Below, piece by piece: positions 18,601 to 27,505 of a DNA stretch of 64,000 bases. The first letter of the stretch is position 1. Every line of letters begins with the position of its first letter. Under the pieces are notes generated by a model that searched no databases, was not told the DNA's origin, and saw only the letters and a list, made by a program, of their open reading frames with translations. Both the position numbers and the translations under genes were made by a program. The DNA lies in contig JAHBVU010000011.1 of the NCBI GenBank assembly GCA_019637315.1, forward strand, positions 7,242 to 71,241, given 5' to 3'. This DNA comes from Gemmatimonadales bacterium (lineage in GTDB: Bacteria > Gemmatimonadota > Gemmatimonadetes > Gemmatimonadales > GWC2-71-9).

Positions 18601-19161
18601 ACCCTTGAGTCCCAGATCGATGACGCCCTGGACATCGCCGGGGTAGAGCACCGGCATCTGCGCATCGAACAGCGCGACTTCGGAGGCGGACGGAACGGTC
18701 GAGGATTTCGAGGCCGGATCGTCGCCGGCAACCGCGAGGACGCCGCCGTGCTTGCCCACGCCCGTCAGGTTGGCATGGCGGAAGGCATCGCCGGTGCGAT
18801 CGACGCCTGGGCCTTTGCCGTACCAGATCCCGAGCACACCGTCGTAGCGCGGCTGAGGCAGCAGGTTTGCCAACTGCGCGCCAAAGACCGCGGTGGCGCC
18901 GAGGTCCTCGTTCACGCCGGGAAGAAAGGTGACCTGGTGTGCGGTCAGGATCTTGCCGACTGCCGCCAGTGCCGAGTCGTAGCCGCCGAGGGGAGAGCCG
19001 CGATAGCCGGAAATCAGGGTGGCGGTATTGAGACCGGCGCGTCGATCGGCACGGTGCTGATCGAGCGGCAACCGGACCAGGGCCTGCACGCCGGACAGCG
19101 CGATGGTGCCATCTTCCAGCAAATACTTGTCGTCGAGCGACGAACGGGCGCGGTCGGTCAT
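15625..19161 (-). CDS. indolepyruvate/2-oxoacid:ferredoxin oxidoreductase, fused alpha-beta form (IOR family)
   Basis: 1178 aa. A TPP-binding N-terminal region, a ferredoxin-type Cys cluster CEGCGDCGVKSNC...CNTDYSCLDGDCPAF, and a C-terminal beta/gamma-like domain. Its 3' end overlaps the convergent aminopeptidase gene by ~50 nt. Confidence 0.9.
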   Translation of the reverse strand: MTDRARSSLDDKYLLEDGTIALSGVQALVRLPLDQHRADRRAGLNTATLISGYRGSPLGGYDSALAAVGKILTAHQVTFLPGVNEDLGATAVFGAQLANLLPQPRYDGVLGIWYGKGPGVDRTGDAFRHANLTGVGKHGGVLAVAGDDPASKSSTVPSASEVALFDAQMPVLYPGDVQGVIDLGLKGFALSRYSGLWVGVKITTNVADEFSTARVSPQQSDWIRPEFEFGGKPWAPTQSHTLFAPYNLQLEQELWEGRLEAARHFAVANGLNRVVVDPANAWLGIVAAGKTYLDLREALSRLDLTEADLHRAGIRLLRIDMLYPLDGPSLRRFATGLEEVLVLEEKRSFLELLVRDALYSMPDRPRVVGKRDEQERILIPGHGELDADTLLPLIAGRLEARLPDIGARLARVTGGRAAPAAPLGLAAQRLAYFCSGCPHNRSTVVPEGSIAAAGIGCHGMAVTMERVGAGFTQMGGEGAQWVGAAPFSGTSHIFQNIGDGTLFHSGSLAIRQAVAAGTNITYKILYNGAVAMTGGQHADGSIAIPDLTRELAAEGVKRTVVLTDELDRYRGVTLAKGVEVRSRDTLDATQRELRETPGVTALIYDQHCAADLRRRRKRGLAPERQLRVVINERVCEGCGDCGVKSNCLSVMPVDTEFGRKTRIHQSSCNTDYSCLDGDCPAFVTAVPSQQGASSRHAAKPPAPMFEIPAAALAEPARRVTAGANLYFMGIGGTGVVTVNQVLGTAALLDGRSVRCLDQTGLSQKGGAVVSHLKIAATAEEMSNKVGIGEADAYIGFDVLTAADARHLVRARPDRTVAIVSSSRIPTGLMVRNAAVGFPSGDMLHRRIDAATRADANVYLDAESLADRYFGSHLAANFIVVGAAYQAGVVPIAASKIEAAIALNGAAAAMNTQAFRLGRQLVIDPAWQPETPISTGASSAPVSQPAPVLPDGLRGQIEAAATSPELERLLTNRAADLIAYQNTSYAERYLGFVAQVAQREQSLGLGSELAEATARYFYKLMAYKDEYEVARLMLDPAFQTALDDAVGAGAAIQYRLHPPALRAMGLKRKLALGSWFRPMFRLLRSARGLRGSWLDPFGRDGIRRLERALIDEYREMIEAELAALSGATHARAVALARLPDMIRGYEGVKKANIERYRNAIRELKAPPAPAEPSPALAGR

Positions 19162-19170
19162 TCTCGGAAT

Positions 19171-20775
19171 CTATGCTTGCGAGGCTCGAAGCGCCTGTTT
19201 GTCGATCTTACCGATCGGCAGCATCGGCATATCCGTTGCGACGACGAATCGTTTGGGAACTTTGTAGTTTGCGAGGGCGGCTCGGCAGTGCTGTTCCAGA
19301 TCGTCGGGCGTCGGCGACCGGCCCGGATGGACCAGCACGAAGGCGTGACCGACTTCCTGGAAGGTCGGGTCTGCGACGCCGATCACCGCCGCCATGGCGA
19401 CATCGGGATGGCTTTCCAAAACTATCTCGATCTCGCGCGGGTAGACATTGTAGCCGCCCGACTTGAACATCTCCTTGAGCCGGCCGATCAGCCGGTAGCT
19501 GCCATCGGGGTTGACCGTGCCGAGGTCGCCGGTGTGCATCCAGCCGTCGGCGGTAAAGAGCGCCGCAGTGGCCTCGGGGCGGTTCCAGTAGCCGAGGGTG
19601 AGGAAGTCGCCGCGGACCTGGACCTCGCCGGTCTCGCCGGGGGGCAGGGCGGTGCCGTCGCTGGCTGCGATACGCATCTCGTACTCGTCGACCGGCCAGC
19701 CGATCGATCCGGCGAGGACTTCGATGCTGTCGCTGTCGAAGGTAAAGGTGACCGAGCCGACGGTTTCGGTCAGGCCGTAGGCGCTTGCCAGGTCGGGACA
19801 TTTGGTGCGCAGTCGCTCGATCAGGGTGACCGGGGCTGCCGCGCCGGCCCAGATGATCAGCTGCACCCGCGAGAAATCAGTAGCTTCGAAGCGCGGGTGG
19901 CGGGCCAGGTACTCCAGCGCAGTCGGCACGTGGCCCAGGACGGTGGCGCCTTCCTGCTCCAACAGCTCGAGCATGCCGCCCGGCTCGAACTGCTCCTGGA
20001 AGATGAGGGCGCCGCCGGGTACCAGGGTGTCGCAGGTGATGTCGCCGGCGCAGCCGATATGATTGATCGGCAGATTGTTGACCATGCGAAGCGGCTGAAC
20101 GGGCCAGACACCGTGCTGGACGCGAGCCACCCGAATCAAGCCGTGGTGACTGATCAGGGCACCTTTCGGCTGGCCGGTCGTGCCGCTGGTGTAGACGATC
20201 AGGCAGGGGTCCGTCGTGGAGACGGATGCCCGCACCTCGGTAAGCTGCGTATCTGACAGGGCAGCCCCGGCCTCGAGGAAGCGCTTGCGTGAGTCGGGGG
20301 CCTCGTCGGGGCCGTCGAGGGCCACCCACTGTCGCACCCCGGGGTGCGCAGCGGCCAGAGCCGCGAGGTCGGCGCGGTAGTCGCGGTCGCCCACCGTCTG
20401 TCGTGCAAAGACGAGCGATGGGGTCGCGTCGCCCAGGACGTAGTCGAGCTCGCGGCGCTGATAGCGGGGATTCAGGCCGACCCAGATGGCGCCGATCGAT
20501 GCCGCGGCCAGAAACGTGACGTAGAAATCCGGGTGGGGCGTGGACAAGGTTGCCACTCGATGCCCGGGACGCACGCCGGCCGCGAGCAATGCTCGTGCGT
20601 AGTTGTCGACCTGATCGGCCAGCTCCCGGTATGACCACCGCAGCGGCCGGAAGATGACGGCGTCTCGGTCAGGATCGATGCCGGCCCAGTACCTCGGGTA
20701 GTCACTGATCAAATCCAGCCGAGGAGGCCGCTTCGCTTCGGGAAGCGGGCGAGCCGGCCGGACCGTCCGGGTCAT
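19171..20775 (-). CDS. AMP-dependent acyl-CoA synthetase/ligase (FadD-like)
   Basis: AMP-binding signature IVYTSGTTGQPKGALISHHG, a YGLTE motif and a C-terminal GKIDKQAL. The start is taken at the ATG at 20775 (M10 of the ORF), 1 nt from the MaoC stop. Confidence 0.85.
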   Translation of the reverse strand: MTRTVRPARPLPEAKRPPRLDLISDYPRYWAGIDPDRDAVIFRPLRWSYRELADQVDNYARALLAAGVRPGHRVATLSTPHPDFYVTFLAAASIGAIWVGLNPRYQRRELDYVLGDATPSLVFARQTVGDRDYRADLAALAAAHPGVRQWVALDGPDEAPDSRKRFLEAGAALSDTQLTEVRASVSTTDPCLIVYTSGTTGQPKGALISHHGLIRVARVQHGVWPVQPLRMVNNLPINHIGCAGDITCDTLVPGGALIFQEQFEPGGMLELLEQEGATVLGHVPTALEYLARHPRFEATDFSRVQLIIWAGAAAPVTLIERLRTKCPDLASAYGLTETVGSVTFTFDSDSIEVLAGSIGWPVDEYEMRIAASDGTALPPGETGEVQVRGDFLTLGYWNRPEATAALFTADGWMHTGDLGTVNPDGSYRLIGRLKEMFKSGGYNVYPREIEIVLESHPDVAMAAVIGVADPTFQEVGHAFVLVHPGRSPTPDDLEQHCRAALANYKVPKRFVVATDMPMLPIGKIDKQALRASQA

Positions 20776-20776
20776 C

Positions 20777-21286
20777 TCAGGCGTTCTCGTGCTTGCTGGC
20801 AATCCGGGCGTGGCCGGCGGAGCCGTTGACCCAGAGCGCCAACCACTCTGCGACGAGGGCGGGGCGGGTTTTACCCTCGATCTCGACCGTGACCCCGTAC
20901 TTGAAGCGCGCTTCGCCAGGGCGCGGCTCGGTTCGATCGAGCAGTGTGAAGCGCGCCCGAATACGGCTGCCCACCGGGACAGGTTCGATCAGGCGGACGC
21001 GGTCGAAGCCGTAGTTGAGGCCGTAGCCGTCGCGGTCGACGCTGTCGGAGCCGCTCCAGCCCAGCACCTCGTGGCTCAGGTGCGTCAGGAGCGACATGGT
21101 CAGAAAGCCGAACGACACGGTTCCCCGAAACGGGCTGTGCTCGGCGCACCAGGCGGGGTCGACGTGCATGGGATCGGCGTCGCTGGTGACCTTGGCAAAG
21201 GCATCGACGCGATCCTGGTCGATCAGGAGCCACGAGGAGACACCGATCTCCTGTCCGATCTGATGCAGGCGTGCGGGCTGAGTCAC
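20777..21286 (-). CDS. MaoC-like hot-dog-fold (R)-specific enoyl-CoA hydratase/dehydratase
   Basis: MaoC dehydratase core (SWLLIDQDRVDAFAKVTSDADPMHVDPAWCAEHSPFRGTVSFGFLTMSLL…). A GTG start at 21286 is proposed because the upstream 33 codons of the ORF overlap the divergent M20 gene region. Start uncertain. Confidence 0.7.
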   Translation of the reverse strand: MTQPARLHQIGQEIGVSSWLLIDQDRVDAFAKVTSDADPMHVDPAWCAEHSPFRGTVSFGFLTMSLLTHLSHEVLGWSGSDSVDRDGYGLNYGFDRVRLIEPVPVGSRIRARFTLLDRTEPRPGEARFKYGVTVEIEGKTRPALVAEWLALWVNGSAGHARIASKHENA

Positions 21287-21414
21287 AAACGACCCTCCGA
21301 TCTGGGTTCGGAGCGGAATATAACACTTGTTGTGTAAGAGGGGTGGCGGGGGAAGCGGCCTGCGACTGGAATCCGCTCCCCGCATCGGCTAGATATGGGG
21401 CTCCCTCATCCTAT

Positions 21415-22833
21415 GTGAATGCCGTGGCCCTCAATTCAAACGCCATTGACCAGCAGCGCGACCGCATGCTCGCGGAGCTGGTCGAGTTTCTCTCGATTCC
21501 GAGCATCAGCGCCCTGCCGCAGCACGCCACCGATTGCCGCCGGGCAGCTGACTGGCTGGTGCGCCGGTTGCAGCGGCTTGGATGCCCCAAGGTGGAGGTC
21601 ATCGAAGGCAACGGCCACCCGGTGGTCTATGCGGAGAGCCCGGCGGTCCCCGGGGCGCCAACCCTGCTCATCTACGGGCACTACGACGTGCAGCCGGTCG
21701 ATCCGCTCGACGAATGGGTCTCGCCGCCCTTCACGCCAACGGTGCGTGATGGCCGTCTCTACGCGCGCGGCGCCGCCGACGACAAAGGTCAGGTCTTTTG
21801 TCTTCTCGAGGCCTATGGCGCGGTGCTCGATGCCGAGGGCAAGCCGCCGATCAACATTCGTTTCATGATCGAAGGCGAGGAGGAATCGGGCGGTCACGTG
21901 ATCCAGGACCTGCTGGCGCGCGAGCCCGAACGGGCTCGGGCGGATGCCGTCCTGGTCTGCGACATGTGCTACTTCGATGCTGGCTGGCCCGGCGTGTACA
22001 CCGCCCTTCGCGGCATGTGCTACGCCGAGATCCAGGTGCGCACCTTGCAGCGGGATCTCCACTCGGGTTCTTACGGCGGGGCCGCGCCCAATGCCCTCGA
22101 GACCCTGGTCCGGCTGCTGACCGACCTCAAGAAGCGCTCGGGCAAGATCAACATTCCCAAGCTCTACAAGTCGGTCGAGAAGCCCTCACGCGCCGAGCGG
22201 GACGGCTGGAACAGCCTCCCATTCGACGAGGCCCGATTCCTCAAGGAGGAAGTGACCGGCCGTGCGTTGACCGGGGTCGAAGAAGCCACCGTGCTGGAGC
22301 GGATCTGGGCGCTGCCAACCTTCGAGATCCACGGCATCAAGGGTGGGTTTGTCGGTGAGGGGGCCAAGACCGTGATTCCCGCGGTCGCCACCGCGAAGGT
22401 AAGCCTCCGCCTGGTGCCTGGGCTGACGTACGAGAAGGTGTCGAAGTGGCTTGCCAAAGCAGCAGCGAGGCTGGCGCCCGACTACGCTGATGTCACCGTA
22501 ACCATCCTCCACGGTGGCGATCCGATTCAGATGGATGTCAGTCACCCCGCGTTCGGCAAACTCGACGAAGCATTCCGCGAGGTCGTCGGACGCGGTACCG
22601 TGCCGGTGCGTGCTGGCGGGTCGATTCCCGTGGTAGCTGACTTTGCGAAGTTGGGTGCGCCCGTGGTGCTGAGCGGAATCGGGCTTCCCGATGACGGTCT
22701 GCACTCGCCTAACGAGAAGCTGGATCTTCAGCAGCTCTGGGACGGCGTGGTGGTGTTCGGCAGGTTCTTCGAGAAGCTGGCGGAGAAGGGAACCGCGTCG
22801 ACGGGTCAGGCGGCAACGGCTCCGGAGGCGTGA
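21415..22833 (+). CDS. M20/M25/M40 family dipeptidase (ArgE/DapE/CPG2 superfamily)
   Basis: LIYGHYDVQPVD ... ARGAADDKGQVF ... MIEGEEESGG metal-binding motifs plus a dimerisation domain. The start is ambiguous: an in-frame GTG at 21415 or the ATG at 21466 (MLAELVEFLSIPSIS). Confidence 0.85.
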   Translation: MNAVALNSNAIDQQRDRMLAELVEFLSIPSISALPQHATDCRRAADWLVRRLQRLGCPKVEVIEGNGHPVVYAESPAVPGAPTLLIYGHYDVQPVDPLDEWVSPPFTPTVRDGRLYARGAADDKGQVFCLLEAYGAVLDAEGKPPINIRFMIEGEEESGGHVIQDLLAREPERARADAVLVCDMCYFDAGWPGVYTALRGMCYAEIQVRTLQRDLHSGSYGGAAPNALETLVRLLTDLKKRSGKINIPKLYKSVEKPSRAERDGWNSLPFDEARFLKEEVTGRALTGVEEATVLERIWALPTFEIHGIKGGFVGEGAKTVIPAVATAKVSLRLVPGLTYEKVSKWLAKAAARLAPDYADVTVTILHGGDPIQMDVSHPAFGKLDEAFREVVGRGTVPVRAGGSIPVVADFAKLGAPVVLSGIGLPDDGLHSPNEKLDLQQLWDGVVVFGRFFEKLAEKGTASTGQAATAPEA

Positions 22834-22845
22834 GCCCTTGCAGGA

Positions 22846-22870
22846 GGCGTGCGGCCATACGCCGCACGCC
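22846..22870. terminator. perfect 10-bp GC hairpin (ggcgtgcggc-catac-gccgcacgcc) between the convergent M20 dipeptidase and hypothetical genes
   Basis: Inverted repeat read from the DNA, positioned 13 nt after the + strand stop and 7 nt after the - strand stop. Acts as a bidirectional terminator-like structure. Confidence 0.5.
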
Positions 22871-22876
22871 TCGATG

Positions 22877-23425
22877 CTATTCCGGCTCGGGCGGTCGCTT
22901 GAAGGTGCCCGAGTAGCGCGCTTCCGTTCGCGCCTGGAGTTCATCGACGCCAATCAGCGCGCGAACCGAGGCAATGATGCCGGCGACGACATCATCGGCC
23001 CAGTAGGCATCCGGCTGCTCTGCCTTTGGCAGCGCAGCCGATTTCGCTTCGAGGAAGCGAATCGCAGTGGCAATCCATTCGCTCTGAGCGCCTTCGACCA
23101 GGGACCATGAGGCCGTGGCCCGCAGTTCCATTTCGGACAACTCCGATAGCAGGCCGTCGATGCCCTCCGTGACTGCAGCCGATCGCAACTGCTCGGCGAT
23201 GGCCGTGAGAAGGGCGGCCCGCTCAGACTCCTGCGGCTCCGGCAGCGGCGCGAGGTAGTGGCGCTGATCGGCCACCATTTCCGCCAGACGGACGCAGACA
23301 GCCCGAATACTCGGCATGAGCGCCGGTGGAACCTCCTGCGCCCATCGAGAGGCAGCCTGGAGGATATCCCTGACCTTGTCGCCTGCGGCGGCGTCGATCT
23401 TCGCGCGATCCATCGGTTGAGCCAT
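22877..23425 (-). CDS. hypothetical protein (alpha-helical, no recognisable motif)
   Basis: 182-aa ORF downstream of lipB in the same orientation, with a terminator-like hairpin just after its stop. Confidence 0.4.
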   Translation of the reverse strand: MAQPMDRAKIDAAAGDKVRDILQAASRWAQEVPPALMPSIRAVCVRLAEMVADQRHYLAPLPEPQESERAALLTAIAEQLRSAAVTEGIDGLLSELSEMELRATASWSLVEGAQSEWIATAIRFLEAKSAALPKAEQPDAYWADDVVAGIIASVRALIGVDELQARTEARYSGTFKRPPEPE

Positions 23426-23518
23426 AACGCGGGAAAGATAACCGATTGGGGCGGCCAGTGGCCAATTGCAGGACTCGGCTACGAAGAGTGGTGCGTTCGG
23501 CGGGCCTGTTGCTCTGGA

Positions 23519-24223
23519 CTACGATGCGGTCGCGATCGGTGCCAGATCGGCGGGGCTGCCGATAATCGTGGCGCGATCGAAGATCCGCCCGAACGCCTCC
23601 GTCACGGCCTGACGTACCCGCGCGTCCAACTCGCCACTGTGCCCGCTCGAGCCGAGTTCGGTCGCGATGCTGGTCATGGTAACGCCGTGAATGCCGCAGG
23701 GAACGATCCACTGAAACAGATCGAGTGCGGTGGTGACGTTGAGGGCAAAGCCATGAAAGGTGACCCAGCGCTTCACGTGGATGCCGATGCTGGCAATCTT
23801 GCGACCGCCGGTCCAGACGCCGGTGAGCCCTGGATTGCGATCGGAGGGCACCCCGAGCTGAGCAAGCGCATCGATCAGCGCCTGCTCGAGCTGCCGGAGG
23901 TACCAGTGAAGATCGGGTCGATGCGACTCGAGGTGGAAGATCGGGTATCCGACGAGCTGCCCGGGGGCGTGCAGGGTGACATCTCCCCCCCGCTCGATCT
24001 CGAACACCTCGAGGCCCCGGGCCTCGAGCGTTAGGCGGTCGAAGGGCAGGCTGGTTGCCCGGGTGCCGCGGCCGAGCGTCACGACGGGGTCGTGTTCGAC
24101 GAGTAGCAGGAGGTCCTCGGTCCGGCTGCCCTCGACCCGCTCCCGGCAGAGGCGCCGCTGCAACTCGAGCACTTCGCCGTACGGACGGCGGCCCAGGTCA
24201 ACGACCCGAATTGCCGCTGTCAC
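23519..24223 (-). CDS. lipB: lipoyl(octanoyl) transferase
   Basis: 234 aa. LLLLVEHDPVVTLGRG, a catalytic-Cys context (WIVPCGI) and …KIASIGIHVKRWVTFHGFALNV… typical of LipB. Confidence 0.9.
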   Translation of the reverse strand: MTAAIRVVDLGRRPYGEVLELQRRLCRERVEGSRTEDLLLLVEHDPVVTLGRGTRATSLPFDRLTLEARGLEVFEIERGGDVTLHAPGQLVGYPIFHLESHRPDLHWYLRQLEQALIDALAQLGVPSDRNPGLTGVWTGGRKIASIGIHVKRWVTFHGFALNVTTALDLFQWIVPCGIHGVTMTSIATELGSSGHSGELDARVRQAVTEAFGRIFDRATIIGSPADLAPIATAS

Positions 24224-24726
24224 GACGCCTCAGGACGACGCCGGGATCGCAATAGTGCCGCGGCTCCAAATGCCAGAACCGCGAGGGCAGCGAAGCCGAC
24301 TCGGCTCGGCAGGCCGTCCGGATTCGGCGACACTAACGCCAGCGCCGCCTGGTCTGCAAGAACGGTCGTGGCAAAACCGGCCACGAAGGTGCCGAGTGCC
24401 GCCATGATACCGACGACACCGCGGCGGAAGGGATCGCGCGTCGGCGCTGAGAGCCGCCAGGCGATGATGCCGGCCGCGAGGCAGGAGAGGATGGCGCCCG
24501 CGAACAGCAGCTGAATCGGGCCGCTTGCCAGGGCGTTCGACAGCGCGGCCCGGGCGTCGGGCGCCGCCGGCGGAGGAGCTCCCATCTGCAGGGTGCGAAC
24601 CGCGAAGCTGACGATCGCGGTAATGCCGATCCCCGTCAGCACGGCAATGGTCAGGGATCCAAACACCAAGCCGACGGGCGTTGCCGTCGGCTCGGTCTGA
24701 TTCGGAGTGGGCGTACCGGTCGTCAT
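24220..24726 (-). CDS. hypothetical integral membrane protein (4 predicted TM helices)
   Basis: 168-aa hydrophobic ORF between lpd and lipB. Its stop overlaps the lipB start (ATGA), implying co-translation with the lipoylation genes. Confidence 0.5.
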   Translation of the reverse strand: MTTGTPTPNQTEPTATPVGLVFGSLTIAVLTGIGITAIVSFAVRTLQMGAPPPAAPDARAALSNALASGPIQLLFAGAILSCLAAGIIAWRLSAPTRDPFRRGVVGIMAALGTFVAGFATTVLADQAALALVSPNPDGLPSRVGFAALAVLAFGAAALLRSRRRPEAS

Positions 24727-24729
24727 GCC

Positions 24730-26124
24730 TCAGGTATGGATGACGCGGCCCATCGAGTCGAGCGCCGCCTCGGCAATCGCTTCGGAGAGCGTCGGGTGGG
24801 CATGGATGGCGAGATCGACTTCTTCCACCGTGTACTCGTTTTCGCGCGCCACGGCGAGTTCGTGGATCATCTCGGACGCATGGCCTCCGACGATCGTGGC
24901 GCCCAGGATTTCGCCGTACTTCTTGTCGCGAATGATCTTGACGAAGCCTTCGGTGTCGTTCGAGGCCCGTGCCCGCCCGTTGGCGCTGAAGGGGAACTTG
25001 CCGACCTGATAGTCGAGCTTCTTCTCCTTGCACTGATCTTCCGTCAAACCGATGCTGGCGACTTCTGGATGGCAGTACGTCACGCTCGGCACGTTGTCGT
25101 ACTTGATCGGATGCGGCTTGTGTCCGGCAATGACCTCGGCGACATAGGTGCCTTCGCGACTGCCCTTGTGCGCCAGCATCGGCGGACCGGCCACGTCGCC
25201 GATGGCGTAGTAGCCGGCGGCGGTGGTTTCCAGTGTTGCGAGGTTGACCTGAATGAAGCCGCGATCGGTCAGCTTGATCCCGACCTTGTCGAGGCCGATG
25301 TCTTCGGTGTTGACCGCGCGCCCCGCCGCCATCAGAACCTTCTCGACGGTAATCGTTTCGGTCTTACCGCCTGCTTCGACTTCCAGCGTCACGTCGTTCG
25401 CACCGACCGTGGCCTTCTTGACCTTGGCGCCGGCGAGCACGGCAATGCCGCGCTTCTTGTAGCTCTTGGTCAGCACGTCGGACGCGTCGGCGTCTTCGAT
25501 CGGGATGATCCGCGGCAGGGCTTCGATCAGGGTGACCTTGGATCCGAACGCGTTGAAGATGTCGGCAAACTCGGAACCGACCGCGCCCGCGCCGACGATC
25601 GCAATCGAGGCCGGCACCTTCTCGAGGAACAGGGCCTCATCGGAGCTGATGACCGTGGTCTTGTTGATCTCGAGTCCAATGGCGGGAATGCCTTTGACGC
25701 GAGAGCCCGTCGCAATGATGACGGCCTTGTTGGCGCTGTGCGTATCGCTGCCGACCTTGACCTTCTTGCCGGGCAGCAGCGTTCCGGTCCCTTTGATAAC
25801 GGTGATTTTGTTCTTCTTCATCAGGAACTCGACACCCTTCGAGTTCTGCTCCGACACCTGGCGCGAGCGCTTCATGGCCACGCCGTAGTTGCCTTTGACC
25901 TCACCGACCTCGATGCCGAGCGCCTTGGCATCATGGCTGATCAGATTGAGTGCGTAGGCACTGTGCAGCAGCGCCTTGGTCGGAATGCAGCCGATGTTGA
26001 CGCAGACGCCGCCCAGCTTTTCCTTTTCGACGACCGCCGTCGAGAGACCGAGCTGCGCAGCGCGAATGGCCGCGACGTAACCGGCGGGACCGCCGCCGAG
26101 CACGATGACATCAAAGGTGGACAC
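24730..26124 (-). CDS. lpdA: dihydrolipoyl dehydrogenase (E3)
   Basis: 464 aa. FAD-binding GGGPAGY, redox disulfide GGVCVNIGCIPTK, NAD-binding and dimerisation domains. Confidence 0.95.
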   Translation of the reverse strand: MSTFDVIVLGGGPAGYVAAIRAAQLGLSTAVVEKEKLGGVCVNIGCIPTKALLHSAYALNLISHDAKALGIEVGEVKGNYGVAMKRSRQVSEQNSKGVEFLMKKNKITVIKGTGTLLPGKKVKVGSDTHSANKAVIIATGSRVKGIPAIGLEINKTTVISSDEALFLEKVPASIAIVGAGAVGSEFADIFNAFGSKVTLIEALPRIIPIEDADASDVLTKSYKKRGIAVLAGAKVKKATVGANDVTLEVEAGGKTETITVEKVLMAAGRAVNTEDIGLDKVGIKLTDRGFIQVNLATLETTAAGYYAIGDVAGPPMLAHKGSREGTYVAEVIAGHKPHPIKYDNVPSVTYCHPEVASIGLTEDQCKEKKLDYQVGKFPFSANGRARASNDTEGFVKIIRDKKYGEILGATIVGGHASEMIHELAVARENEYTVEEVDLAIHAHPTLSEAIAEAALDSMGRVIHT

Positions 26125-26182
26125 AGCAACCTCGAGGGTCAGGGTTGAAAGGCGGCGCCGCGCGTCGCCCGAGTCACAAGAG

Positions 26183-27505
26183 TCACCACACCAGGGCGAC
26201 GGGATTCTCCAACAGCTGCTTGAGCGTCTTCAGGAACTCGGCGCCGGTGGCGCCATCGATGACGCGATGATCGCACGACATGGTGATTCGCATCCGCTTG
26301 CGCGGCACGATGGTGCCGTTGACCACTGCCGGAATGGTGGCGATCGATCCGATCGCGAGAATCCCGGCCTCGGGCGGATTGATCACGGCAGTGAAGTGCT
26401 CGATGTCGAACATGCCGAGATTCGAAATCGAGAACGTGGCGCCGGTGTACTCGTCGGGCTGCAGCTTGCGGGCCCGCGCCCGGCCGGCGAGCTCCTTGGC
26501 CTCGGCGCCGATTTCGAGCAGTGACTTTCCGTCGGCGTTGCGGATGATCGGCGTAATCAAGCCGTCTGGAATTGCCACCGCCATACCGACATGGATTTCG
26601 TTCCACTGGCGGATATGGTCGTCCTGCCACCAGGCGTTGACGGCCGGGTGCGCACGAAGCGCCAGCGCGGTGGCGCGCACCACCAGGTCGTTGAACGAGA
26701 CCTTGGCGGCGTCGCCGTAGGCACCCTTGAGCTGGTCGCGGAGATCGGCGGCGCGCTCCATGTCGATTTCCGACGTGAGATAGAACGTCGGAATCGGCCC
26801 GATCGACTGCACCAGCCGCTTGGCGATGGTCTTCCGGATCTGCGACAGCGGAACGTCGACGAACGCCGGGCCGGCCGGCTTGTCGGCCTGCCGAAGGGAT
26901 CGTGCGGGTGCAGCAGCGGCCGACGACGCGGCAACGCCGTCGAGGTCGCGCTTGATGACCCGACCTTCCGGGCCGGACCCGCTGACCCGCGCGAGGTCGA
27001 CGCCCTTCTCGGCTGCGATCTTCCGGGCCAACGGCGACGCCTTGACTCGTCCGGTTGCTGCGGAGGAGGCAGACACCGGCTCTGCAGCGGTCTTGGCGGG
27101 CGCGGCCTTGGCAGACTCATCTTTGGGGGAATCGTCTTTGGGCGAGTTGTCCTTGGCCGGCTCCTCCGCAGGCGCATCTGCCGGCGTGGCGGCGGCGGCC
27201 TCGGGCTTGGCCTTCTTGTCGCCCTTGGGCGCTTCGGGCGCGGCCTTGCCTCCGTCGACATTCTCGCCCGGCTCACCGATCCAGCCGACGAGGTCCGATA
27301 CCGGCACGGTGGTGCCTGCCGCCACGGCCTGCTTGAGCAGGACCCCGGCACCGCGGGCGACCAGTTCCATGACGGCCTTGTCGGTTTCGACTTCGGCCAG
27401 CACGTCGCCGACGGCGACAGGGTCGCCCTCGTTCTTCTTCCACTCGACGAGGCGCCCTTCCTCCATCGTGGGCGAGAGCGCCTCCATCACGATCTTGGTG
27501 GCCAT
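26183..27505 (-). CDS. pdhC: dihydrolipoamide acyltransferase (E2) of a 2-oxoacid dehydrogenase complex, probably pyruvate dehydrogenase
   Basis: One N-terminal lipoyl domain (lipoyl-Lys in …VETDKAVMEL…), an Ala/Pro/Lys-rich linker, an E3-binding domain and a catalytic domain (DHRVIDGA). Substrate specificity (PDH vs acetoin vs BCKDH) cannot be decided from sequence alone. Confidence 0.9.
   Translation of the reverse strand: MATKIVMEALSPTMEEGRLVEWKKNEGDPVAVGDVLAEVETDKAVMELVARGAGVLLKQAVAAGTTVPVSDLVGWIGEPGENVDGGKAAPEAPKGDKKAKPEAAAATPADAPAEEPAKDNSPKDDSPKDESAKAAPAKTAAEPVSASSAATGRVKASPLARKIAAEKGVDLARVSGSGPEGRVIKRDLDGVAASSAAAAPARSLRQADKPAGPAFVDVPLSQIRKTIAKRLVQSIGPIPTFYLTSEIDMERAADLRDQLKGAYGDAAKVSFNDLVVRATALALRAHPAVNAWWQDDHIRQWNEIHVGMAVAIPDGLITPIIRNADGKSLLEIGAEAKELAGRARARKLQPDEYTGATFSISNLGMFDIEHFTAVINPPEAGILAIGSIATIPAVVNGTIVPRKRMRITMSCDHRVIDGATGAEFLKTLKQLLENPVALVW

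Noticed and set aside
16630-20256. Long + strand ORFs (544 aa and 583 aa) antisense to the IOR and acyl-CoA synthetase genes
   Set aside because: Same reasoning: they overlap strongly supported genes and have no motifs. Similar antisense ORFs (24736..26148 opposite lpd, 48824..50308 opposite gcvP, 41518..42813 opposite PhzF/oppF) were also dismissed.
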